Positions 1 to 10,292 of a DNA stretch of 44,433 nucleotides are shown here, piece after piece; position 1 is the first letter of the stretch, and every line of letters begins with the position of its first letter. The stretch comes from Paraspadella gotoi (lineage: Eukaryota; Animalia; Chaetognatha). The position numbers and the translations under genes were made by a program. Below the pieces are notes generated by a model. The model was given only the letters and a program-made list of their open reading frames with translations, searched no databases and was not told the DNA's origin. The stretch is from contig JBJCIZ010000447.1 of NCBI GenBank assembly GCA_051294375.1, positions 1-44,433 on the forward strand, read 5' to 3'.

Positions 1-645
1 ATTTTGATTTTTGGAGCGAAAGAAATGTCTTTACTTCAGTTTAAGTGTCCCTTCGAGTGTGAGAAATTTTTTTTTCTAAGTTTTTCTCCTTGTGTAACGG
101 TAATGTGATTGATTAATCATTGCGGGTTGTAAAAACCACTAGTAAATAAACGTAAAAGAATGTTTTTTGTTTAATGAGATTAAATGTATTGTAACTAGAA
201 TAAATACTATTTTTTTATTAACCTGACGGGTTCAAGATAGTCTTCCTGATGAAGAGATTGAGTGGCCTCATTTCTTGCTGGTACTGCCGTCTATGGTCGT
301 TTCGTGTGCTGATGCGGTCACCGGGACTGATCTCGTAGAAAACACTGCGTGATAATAAATTGTTAGTATGGCAATTTTTTATATTATTAATAATTTGTGT
401 TTTAAGCTCATTGGTTCTGCCAAACCATCCCATTCAAACTGTCCCCAATTCCTCGTAATCATTCTCTGAACGTTATCGATGCTGGAGTGTCAGAGTATTG
501 ACGTGTTGTCGGATTCCGGTAGTGTTAGTGGTATTGACTGGAAATATCGTTATAGTTAGTAGTAGTATCAATAAAAATATGAGAGAGAGAGAGAGAGAGA
601 GGAGAGAAGAGTTAATTAAAGAGTACCTTGGGAGGTTGAGGAAAA

Positions 646-1754
646 TTAAAATGAAGTCATCGTTATGATATTGGATTCCGGAGAAGGCAAAGTAAACAAT
701 CGGTTCTCCAAAGTAAATGGAGCATTTCGCAATGCTTCCACCTGACGTTTTCTGATGGCGTTATAAAAACGCCGATTCCTCCACAGCATAATCTTTTCTT
801 CGATCTAAAAAAAAGTTAATTTTATTTATATAAAATTTATTATAGTACAAGCTAAATAAAAATAAAGATGAATGTTCAGTTATTAATTAATAAACGTACG
901 TAGCCGCGAAGGAATTTCTTGAAAAGAAATGTTAAGATGATTGTCAATACGAAGAGAATGACGATTGCCGCTAGCGAAGAAGCGACAATCGTCCCATTTC
1001 CGACGACAGAGGCCGAGGTAAGATTCGTATTATTTTGGGTCGTGTTCGTCGACACCGTGACAGGGATACGTGACGGTGAGGAGGTGAGAGTGTATGAGAG
1101 AGGTGGTTTAATGGAAGATGAAAAATTAGAAGTTGCGGTCGTCGAGGACGAGGAGGGTGAGAGGGTGAGAGGAGGTTCAACCGAAGATGGAAAATCAGAA
1201 ATGCCTTGTGACGACGAGGAGGGTGAGGGGGTGAGAGTGGGGGTGAGAGTGTGTGAGAGAGGTGGTTTAACGGAAGATGAAAAATCAGAGTTTTTTGTCG
1301 GTGAATTCCATCTTGAGGACGAGGAGGGTGAGAGGGTGAGAGGAGGTTCAACTGAAGACGAAAAATCCGAAATGTGCTGCGACGACGAGGAGGGTGAGGG
1401 GGTGAGAGAGTGTGAGAGAGGAGAGTCAACCGAAGACGAAAAATCGATAGTCACTGAATCTTGTTTCGATGACGGGGAGTGGGAGAATGTGGGAGAGTGT
1501 GAAAGAGGAGGGTTAACGAAAGACGTATCATTAGCATAAAGTGACGGTGTGAGAGAAGGGGGGGAGTTGGTATTCATTAAAGAGGTGGTTGGAGACTGGG
1601 GCGAAGGTGAGGTCGGTAAAGTGGAAGTGTTCAAAAAATGTAAAACGCAATTATTTTCGATTTTTCTTTTATTACATATTTGAAAACTTTTAAAGATAGT
1701 AAAATTACATTTCTCTTGCGCGAATTTGATACAGTCTTTTTTTAACGATGCCAT
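646..1754 (-). CDS. Mucin-like single-pass membrane protein (4-Cys N-domain, Ser/Thr/Pro repeat stalk, TM helix, spliced tail)
   Basis: Exon 1754-900 and exon 804-646 in frame. Repeated SDFSSSV(E/K)PPL..TLSPSSSS units and TM segment IVASSLAAIVILFVLTIILTFLF followed by KK. A further frameshifted exon at ~538-434 is possible. Confidence 0.75.
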
Positions 1755-2265
1755 TTTAAATTGTATTATTTTACGTATTTATTATGAGGGTCCGTTCAGT
1801 TCCTATGATTTAATCGATATTTTGTGACTAACAAAAAGCTAAGTTAAAAAAAAAAAAAACCCTTATCTTTTCAATAAATAATTAAGTGATGTTCCACTTC
1901 GGTTTTGAACCTATTCGATTGGAGCTTTCCACAAGAAAAAAGGACCAAAATTTTAATTTTATTTTAGAGTAGTGAGTCGAGTTATGTTTCTGTTTTCACT
2001 TAAGTGTCCTTTTTCCCTCACTTTTTTCGTCACATAAAATTCATGAGGAACGATCTTTGTAAGTGTATTTGGACTTCACTTCAGTTTAACAGTTTTTCTA
2101 TTTTTAATTAAAGCATATGTGTCTAACTTGAAATTTCCTAAAATATCTAAGTTATTAAATCAAATTATCAAATTACCAAATTATCAAAGTCGCATTATAT
2201 ATATATTTGTCTTCGTTAAATCTAACAATGAAGTCGATTTACCGATTCAGTTCTTTTTTTCTTCT

Positions 2266-2302
<37 letters not shown>

Positions 2303-2519
2303 AACAATGGCTAAGGTTAAAAAAAAAACCCTTATCCTTTCCATAAATGATTAAGTGTTTTTTTCCCACTCCAGTTTTTACTATTTTTTTTTTAACAAAT
2401 TACCCAGAAAAAAAATATATCAGATAAAAGAATATGGGTAAATTTGTCACTTCTCACTTAATTTCCTATTTTTTTTCTTCTTACGATTAATGATTTTTCT
2501 TAAGTGTAATTGTGATTTC

Positions 2520-3153
2520 ACTATAGTTTTCTTCTCTTTCTCTTTTCTCTTTTTTTTTGTGCTTTTTTCACCGAGTAATCAAAAGCAGATGTGCTAAAGC
2601 AAAATTCTTTGAAAATAATTAAGTCATTAAGCTAAATAGCCTATACGTTCTTGAGGTTTATCTCTTCCTCATCAATCATTGTCAAATTAGGTAGTAGATT
2701 TATAAAAGAATAGTAAGTATATTTATCGGATTATAAATTTTGAACTTGAGTGTATTTACAAGAAATATTCCAAGGCATCAATCATAATAAAACAAATATT
2801 AGTATTTTCAGAGAAAAAAACAAAGTGACGTGCTTGATTTGCGATTTTTTCATTTTGATGATTAAGTTTTTTATATTTTCTTTTTATTATTCTTATTTTT
2901 TAACGCCTTTTTCTTCTCCTTCTAGTTTTCCGCTGAGTGACTGACGAGGTCGCTCTCTTTCTTATCGACGACCCCCCCTTTAAAGAAAGCAAATAAAAGT
3001 GTTATTTTTTTTACGCTTTTTTTTAGTCATTATTGTCTTACTTTTCTTTTCTTTCGCCCCCTTCTCCCTCGGCGACGTGTGCCCTTTCTGCTTCCGTTTT
3101 GCTGCAAGTTCACGTTGCAACGTAGCCAGATCTATATTCTTTGAAGTGAACAT
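2520..3153 (-). pseudogene. Frameshifted remnant of a basic protein gene
   Basis: Begins MFTSKNIDLATLQRELAAKRKQKG... Protein-like fragments continue in shifting frames to ...KKAQKKREKRKRRKL stop. Confidence 0.35.
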
Positions 3154-3157
3154 GTTT

Positions 3158-3367
3158 TCAGTCTAAAACAAAAAATTTTGGATTCCACTTATCTTTTTTT
3201 AAGTCAGTGACGTTGAAATCCGTTATGTTTTTGTGAAAAATCGGAAATTCGAGCGATAACCAATTCGAAATCACCAGACTGACAAGGGCTATGGAGATAA
3301 GTGTTTTCCAGAAAAAATTTTTAATTCTGTTTATGAACGGTGATAGGTTTTGGTTTAAGTTTTGCAT
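3158..3367 (-). CDS. Possible small membrane protein downstream of the protease
   Basis: MQNLNQNL...FFWKTLISIALVSLVISNWLSL. Same strand and tight packing as the structural genes. Confidence 0.35.
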   Translation of the reverse strand: MQNLNQNLSPFINRIKNFFWKTLISIALVSLVISNWLSLEFPIFHKNITDFNVTDLKKDKWNPKFFVLD

Positions 3368-3430
3368 TCTGCAGCAAATCATAAATGAAACATTTTAATT
3401 ACAGATCTTTTACAAAATTTTCGATTGTTG

Positions 3431-3923
3431 TTAATGAATATTAAGTAGTAATGTTTTCAGTTTAAAAAGATAATTTGTATCATTATTATGAGAAAACATT
3501 CTTAAAAAATATAAAATTTGCAAACCACATGCTTTTGAGTTGTCATGTTGTGATTTCAAGTGCAATCTTTTTAATGATAAAGAATGTTTTGTACAAAAAT
3601 CAATTATGACTTTATTAACGTGTGGAAAATCTTCCTCTAACTTTTCTAAAGGATCGATAATCACTGCAAAATTATTTACAAAATAAATGCATAATATTAA
3701 CCAATGACCGATTTTATCATATTCAGATTCTTTTGAAGATAAGGTATTTATTATTATTGCTAGTTTATGTCTTTTTTGTTTAATAAGGTTAATGTTACAC
3801 ATTTCATCATAAGAAAGAATAAGTTTCCCTTTTAAAATAGTATTATAACTTAATTTATCTTTTTTTTAAAAATCGTTTTAAGTCGTTATCAGAAGTGATT
3901 AGGTTATTTTCAGTCAAGTCCAT
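3431..3923 (-). CDS. Adenain-like (C5) cysteine maturation protease, apparent frameshift in an A8 run near 3860
   Basis: IIINT...GHW (His), IIDPL (Asp), Q...S.ACG (oxyanion Gln, catalytic Cys). The upstream ATG at 3923 is 121 nt from the ORF start at 3802, i.e. out of frame by one base. Confidence 0.85.
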
Positions 3924-3952
3924 ATTTGAATGGTATAAATTACTGTTAGTCG

Positions 3953-6431
3953 TTATTGTTCTACGTCAACTGATTGGTAGACCAATCGATTAGATTTTAT
4001 TATTAATGATCGAGCCTGTGTGAAAAACACTGTAACATTTAAAACTGTGGTTAAAGGCTCTTCAAATTCTAAATATAAACGATATTGGTTTCCAGGATTT
4101 ATTGTTGACTGTAGCGATTGTGCATTATCTAAATCGACGTTATTTACAGAGGGTGAAAGCTTAAAAGGCAATATGAATTTTGTATTTAGAAAGGCTTGTA
4201 ATGTAAAGTCCTCTGTTCCTTTTCTGTTAAAAAATTAAATGTATCGCACACGTGTTGATAGGACGCTTTTTTTTGCCCATTCATTGACGAAGGAGTAACC
4301 ATCCACGTCGCCTGAGTAAATAAATTCATATTTTATATTCGTTTTATTGTACTTATTATTAGAGCAAAAACTTTACCTGAGTTTCCGAGAGGGAGATGGA
4401 ATTTTTCGAACTTATTCCCACTTCAAGAAACGCGCGAGCTAATTTTTCCCTACCGAAGACTTGGATCGACGATGCGAATGTGCCGTTGTGAACGGTGTTT
4501 TTATGGAGTAAGACGAACGGCGAAGGAAAAACTATTTTTTAGTGTCAGAGAAAGGAATTTGTTTGTAATTCCTGAAGGTAAAAATAAATTAAAGATTGTA
4601 CAAATGAATATTAATGAATAAATAATTAATAATAATAATAATAATAATTAATTAATAAATAAAAATAAATAACCACCTGTTTCTAGTGAGTAAACCTTTG
4701 CAAATGTAGCCTGAAAGAGAAAACAAAATTACTAAATTAAGTAATAGAAATAACAGTAATAATTAATAACTTACATTGTAATTTACTTGTATGGGCCTCG
4801 CGATTAAGGAATTTTCGATCCTTTCCAAGAGATTTTGGCGTAACAGAATTACGTTGGCGTATAAACAGCAGGCTTGTAAGATATATATTATATAAATAAT
4901 TATTTTGTGAGTTATTAAGAAAAAAAGAAAAAAAGAAATTACATTTGACTGTGAATTTCGGTTTTAATCCAGCCGTTTGCGTGATGAAGTATCTTTCGGC
5001 TGAGATGAAGAGAGAGAGTAAGACATTTAATGACTTTTTTTATGAATTAAATTCAAAAAACACTTACGACTTGTCAAATAAAATTGAAGTGTTATGTCGA
5101 GATTGTTAGGTAAAAGACAGTTCATCGTCGAAAGAGGAGAGAAGAATGACAAACGAAATTTGAGGGGTTTTTGTTTATGCAGTAAAATAGTGCGTTTGCC
5201 GTTTTCTTGGTTTGGGGACTTGCTTTGAGACTCCGCCTATTGGTAGGAGTAGCCTAACTCAGTAAGGTGGTTAAGAAATTTTAATCAAGCACCTACTCAA
5301 ACGAAAATTTAAACTTTATTAAAATTTTGAATAGACAAAAAATTTAATATTATTCCATACCCTATATATTAATTTTTATATTATTTATAAATTTTTTGGT
5401 TTTTTTTTTATAATTTTTAAGATAAGATTTGGGTAGCCTTTGCAAAAGTTGTCTATACAAAGTATAATTTCTTTTTTTTTTAATATTTTTATCATAAGTT
5501 TTTTTTTAAATTCTTTTTTTACCTGAAAGTAGACTTCAAGACTAAAGTTTGAACCCCCCGCCTATTGATTTTAATTTCATAGTAGATTTCTACCTATGTC
5601 TTTGATTCGAAGAAAGTGGAGACATTCTGTGCTGCCAATATCGTTGAGGTCCTCAATATAGTACTCAAATTCACGGAGAAAAGATTGTCGAGCCGCAAGA
5701 CTATATTTAGTAATGTAATTAAGTCGAGCTATGATACCGTAGTTTGTTGTCGTACTAAAATTAAAAAAATATTATATATATATATTGTTAAATATTTTTA
5801 AGAAAAGAAATTATTTTAATTAATACTTTAACTAATTGTGAAGATCCAATGTTTAAAGAGCAACTATCGAAGAGACTTTGGGCCATAAGGGGAAGTGTGG
5901 ACACGTCAAATGTGGTTAAAGCGCTTCCATCTTCTTTAGTGGCCACAATTTCGATGTCCAGGAAAAAACGATGCGGATTTAAAAATGCTGTTTTCTCGTT
6001 GAATCTGAAACTGATGGCGCGTCCTCCTACGGAGAAAGAGTTTGTTATGATCCTTTCCTTTTCGTTACGTTTAGAGATCAACAAATGTATTGTTTACCTT
6101 TTGAAAGTTCAGTTGTGTCCTCTTTCATTGGTAGAAGGAGAGAAACAACAAAAATGTGAGAGTTAAAGAAAGAAAGTTATAAGATAATTCTTTCTTTATA
6201 TTTAATTACCTGGGTTTATGCGTACATAACCTAATGAGAGAAAGAAAAATTACATGTATAGTTATNNNNNNNNNNATAGCTTGAAGTTGTATTATTCATA
6301 TTCATACCGTTAAAAAGACATCCGTCTTCGAGATAAACTTTGTTGTTCAAAAGGGAATCAATCTGTGGAGTTATAACAGGGGTTGGATCTGTGAAGGTAG
6401 GAGCGTCACCGAATCGTATGCTTTCCCCCAT
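3953..6431 (-). CDS. Major capsid protein (double jelly-roll, Polinton type), about 12 exons, with apparent frameshifts
   Basis: Exons 6431-6308, 6230-6210, 6121-6098, 6026-5827, 5754-~5594, 5236-5068, 4999-4943, 4872-4775, 4710-4677, 4571-~4378, ~4311-4250, ~4223-3953. Polinton MCP-like segments: ISFRF...FLNP..FFLDIEI..TKEDG...QSLFDSCSLNIG, NYGIIARLNYITKYS, LLPNNLDITLQF, HNGTF, FILPFKLSP and C-terminal YRLYLEFEEPL...VTVFFTQARSLIIKSNRLV. Frame breaks near 5750-5830, 5240-5600 and 4500-4540. Confidence 0.8.
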
Positions 6432-6471
6432 TTCGTTTATTTTTTTGTTTATTTTTGTTTAGTTTGTTTAG

Positions 6472-6768
6472 TCAAATGAAATTACGAGAATTAATTTTTT
6501 GCTTTTTCTTTTTTGGTAGACTCGATTTCGTTTCAGTTTTGCAATTTATGTCAGTTGTCGTTTTTCTTTTTCTTTTTCCTCTATTGTCTTCACGGGCAGG
6601 TTCTTTTTGATCAGCTGTTTTCTTTTGTTGTGTCTTCGAAGCCGGTTCGCTTTCAGCTACATTGCTATTTTGTTGATTTTTTGATGAAGCGAAGTACGGA
6701 ATTAGAAGCTCTGCGATAGTGGGCTCAAAACCTGAGCTTCGCTGGGAAACAGAACTATACCAACTCAT
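6472..6768 (-). CDS. Small basic (Lys/Arg-rich) protein, possible virion core/DNA-binding protein
   Basis: 98-aa ATG-initiated ORF tightly packed between penton and MCP. KRKRK and KKKKQK clusters. Confidence 0.65.
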   Translation of the reverse strand: MSWYSSVSQRSSGFEPTIAELLIPYFASSKNQQNSNVAESEPASKTQQKKTADQKEPAREDNRGKRKRKTTTDINCKTETKSSLPKKKKQKINSRNFI

Positions 6769-6808
6769 GATGTTTTTTCTTTTTTAAAAAAGAATGTGGG
6801 AAAATAAA

Positions 6809-8371
6809 TCAAATATCATTTAACGACACCGGTCTAAATGAAATACCAAAGTAAATAAAGGTTTTTTTTGGAAAATAAATTTGATTAAAATATTCATCTA
6901 AAATTTTTATTTGAAATCCGCCAAATATTGTTTTCCCTTGTTTTACTCGGTGAAAGGTAAGTTCATTTAGAGAGTTATCGTTTTTACAAATAAAACGTTT
7001 GATAACATCCTCATTTGTGATAGTTTGTGAATGAAATACATTTAAATTAGAAAATGTTGTATTGTTTAATCTAGAATCGTCATATCTGCATTGATTTATA
7101 GTTAAGTCAGACAAGAAGTGAATTGTTCTTGGAAAAGTCGTGACTTCAAACGGTAATAATTCATTAATTCCAATTCTGTGATATTCCTCTTTTCTTTTTT
7201 TATTTGGGGAGGAAGTTGAATTTGTTGAAGAGCTTTTATCTTTATTTGTGATGCTAAATATTAAGTCTTTACCACGTTCAGCTCCTAAGAGTTGTGAGGT
7301 TTTATTGTTGAAATGAATGTTTAATTCAGTTTGATAATCAATTTTCAGGAATTCATCAAATTTAGAAGTAAATTGACATTTATTTTTTGTTTCATTAAGT
7401 TCTAATTTTACAATTTCCGTAACAATATTTTGATTTGGTTTAATATTTGTTAAAACAATATTTGATAGTTTCAGTAATTGCATATTGTCTTTTCTTAATA
7501 TTTTTAATGTATCAATACTTTGTTGGGTGAGTGACTGAGATTCTTCATTAATTTCCAGAGCTTGTAACTCATTGAGCCAACTTTCGATCTCATTAGTTGC
7601 TGTATTTATTAAATCTGGATGCTGCAGTGATAAATCTTTTTCATGCAATTTATTACAATCAATTAATTTTTGTAGTACTGTTTTCCTGTCTTTCATTTGT
7701 GTTAGATATTCACTCCTGTTGACTAAAGTTGTCTCTTCACTTGCAGAAATTCCTGAATTGTATGTCCATTCAATCTCATCGTCAATAACTTCATTGAGGT
7801 AAGTATTAAAAGATTTATGCATTATTTTTCTGAAATAAACACTACAATCGAGGTACCACTTGAGTATTTTAAAATCCTGACTTGAAAGGCTTATCTTTTT
7901 GTCATGTTTACTAAATTGGAAAGAGTTAATGTTAACAAGATTAAAATCTGAAATAATAGAAATAATTTTCAATATTATATACTTATTTAAATGGTTATTC
8001 AGGGTCTGATTAATAAATGTTATAGCTTCTTTTGGTTTTGTTATTGTCAAGTCATCCAGGTTAATGCACATATAAGTGTTGTTACTATGGGAAATTTCCT
8101 CTATTCCATAATTTTGATTAACATTTGCTAAAGATGTCGGAATAATTAAAGAGACAAAAATTTCGTTTTCACTAGTAAACGAAAGAGGAATATTCGTAAT
8201 TTGAAACGTGTTCATGCACAGTTCCGATAAAGGACTCTTAAATGGTAAAATAGTTTGATTAAGATCAATCTGTTGAGTTAAATTAATATAAAAATCGCTT
8301 GTTGTAGATACTTTTCCTTCGTTTTCTTCCTCGATTTGTCTATTAGAAAGATAAAGAGTGAAAAGACTCAT
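6809..8371 (-). CDS. Minor capsid protein (penton, single jelly-roll) with large central insertion, 520 aa, intronless
   Basis: N-terminal FTLYLSN...TTSDFYINLTQQIDL and C-terminal FHRV...FQIKILDEYFNQIYF...FGISFRP match the Polinton penton pattern. Lies between integrase and MCP. Confidence 0.8.
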   Translation of the reverse strand: MSLFTLYLSNRQIEEENEGKVSTTSDFYINLTQQIDLNQTILPFKSPLSELCMNTFQITNIPLSFTSENEIFVSLIIPTSLANVNQNYGIEEISHSNNTYMCINLDDLTITKPKEAITFINQTLNNHLNKYIILKIISIISDFNLVNINSFQFSKHDKKISLSSQDFKILKWYLDCSVYFRKIMHKSFNTYLNEVIDDEIEWTYNSGISASEETTLVNRSEYLTQMKDRKTVLQKLIDCNKLHEKDLSLQHPDLINTATNEIESWLNELQALEINEESQSLTQQSIDTLKILRKDNMQLLKLSNIVLTNIKPNQNIVTEIVKLELNETKNKCQFTSKFDEFLKIDYQTELNIHFNNKTSQLLGAERGKDLIFSITNKDKSSSTNSTSSPNKKRKEEYHRIGINELLPFEVTTFPRTIHFLSDLTINQCRYDDSRLNNTTFSNLNVFHSQTITNEDVIKRFICKNDNSLNELTFHRVKQGKTIFGGFQIKILDEYFNQIYFPKKTFIYFGISFRPVSLNDI

Positions 8372-8397
8372 GTTGTATTAAAAAAAAAGTTACAAGA

Positions 8398-9455
8398 TTA
8401 TATTACATAGTTTTGCTTTTCTTTAGTTTTAAAGGCGTCACTATACCTCAAAACGTTTTTACCTAATAACTTAACATAATTTTTTAACTCTTGAGGTAGA
8501 ACTTTTTCTTGCTTTCCTTCCTTTTCTATGGTATAAACAATCGTTTCGCGACCCGGTAAAACTCGTCCGGATCTAAGTGATCTAGATTGATCAAGCAGAA
8601 TTTCCACGTCCTTAATTAGTATTGATTGATTTGGAGTTTTGATTGATGATTTAATTTCATTTGAGGTAGTTTTATTTTGATCATAAGTGGACTGCCTCGG
8701 ATTGATTTTACTCAATTCAAATTCGTAAAATTTTCTTTTTGTATCATCAAACTCTTTAAGTTTATATCTTCTGGGGAAATAAGTCCTGTCAATTGATTCT
8801 ATTGTAAAAATTTTTTTAGAAAAACGAGGATAAAAAACAGATGATTCCTTTCGAAATTTTTTAACCGGAAGTATTAGGAGCACGTGATCGTTTTCTCTTA
8901 ACTTTTCGGTATTAGATATTTTTGAAAAAATACTTTTTGCTTTTTGTTGATGTTTTTCAAACTGTTCAAGTCTTTTTTGTAAGACAACGCTCTGAGCGTG
9001 GGTATCGAATTGAATTTCAAAGGGAGTGAAGCCAAAGCCGGAAGAGAATTTTCGATGATTGTAGGTATGTTGCACAAGCTTTTATGGAAAAAAGAGAAAA
9101 AAAAAGGTAACTGTTTTGATTATTAATTAATAATTAATTCATTTTTATATTTTACCTTTATAATTTTGCGATAGTCGAAAGTGCTAAACTCGATCATGTA
9201 TCGAAACATTAACGCCTTGACTGGATAATAACCAGAATAAACGTGTATTAGTATTTATAATAGTGAATTGGTAGTTTTTATTTGGTACCTGTCCTGATGC
9301 TCCTCTCTATAATGGAAATTTTTGGGTACACAGAGGTGTGGGTGGTATAGGGTACAATTCCGTACCGTTTAGTAAGGATATTCGTAAAATCCGATTTAAA
9401 TTCATTTCCTCTGAGTGTATAATTAATTAATTAATTAATTAATTTAAAAAAAAAT

Positions 9456-9502
<47 letters not shown>

Positions 9503-9505
9503 ATA

Positions 9506-9536
<31 letters not shown>

Positions 9537-9566
9537 CAATCAATCATAAATCAATCAATTCAATAA

Positions 9567-9621
<55 letters not shown>

Positions 9622-10233
9622 AATGAATAAATCAATGAATAAATCAATGAATCAATCAATCAATCCATCCATCAATTACCTATCACTTAGAAAATATTTG
9701 AATGCTTTTTTGGGGTTTTGAATATTAAAATCAGTTTTTAATGCCTTTTCAAAATTTTTTAAGGTTGCTGTCGATTTTGCTGACTTCTGAGTCGACAAAC
9801 TTATGAAGCGACTATTTATATCTTGTAGAATCAATATTATTTGATGGTTATTGTTGTGATTACGTAATTGAGGCAAAAAAGCTGAAAAAAAAAGAGATTA
9901 TAATTTTTTTTTTTAAACAAAATGTATTCTCTAATTATATTACACACCTAAGTCTCCGGCGATTGTATGAAAAGAACGAAATGTGATATATTTACGGAAA
10001 GAATAAGGTCTTTTCCCTCTTAACCTTCGTTCGTGACGTTCTCGGCTTAGACTCTCTAGGTGAGACTTAAATTCTAATATTTCGCGAGTAGTCACTTTTT
10101 TTAAGTCTCTATATTTCTTAGCGTTTTTATAAATTTGTTGGGTTGATTTCTGTAGGAATAACGGTGAATTAAATGTTCTATAGAGACGGTGAAGGAGTGC
10201 CAATCTCTTTTCTTTCTCTTCCCGAAGGGACAT
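8398..10233 (-). CDS. int: Retroviral-like (rve) DDE integrase of Polinton type, 5 exons, ~451 aa
   Basis: Exons 10233-9948, 9881-9680, 9410-9289, 9220-9156, 9078-8398 join in frame (1356 nt). Spliced product reads IAGDLAFL...ILILQDINSRF...LSDRGNEF...KISIIERSIRTVK...YNHR...GFTP, then the Polinton integrase C-terminal pattern DHVLL..F.K...FS..IF.I...YKL...FYEFEL. Confidence 0.93.
9418..9675. repeat. (TAAT)n/(TCAA)n/(TAAA)n tetranucleotide microsatellites filling integrase intron 2
   Basis: Directly visible. Lies between the exon ends at 9680 and 9410. Confidence 0.95.
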
Positions 10234-10292
10234 GGTGAATAATAAACAAAACTATAATACAAATTTAGGAAAAAANNNNNNNNNNAAAAAAA

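Noticed and set aside
1075-1460. Regularly spaced repeats resembling a CRISPR-like array
   Set aside because: They are in-frame coding repeats of the mucin stalk with no unique spacers, in a eukaryotic context.
919-1539. 206-aa plus-strand Glu/Gly-rich ORF
   Set aside because: Antisense shadow of the Ser/Pro repeat region of the minus-strand membrane protein gene.
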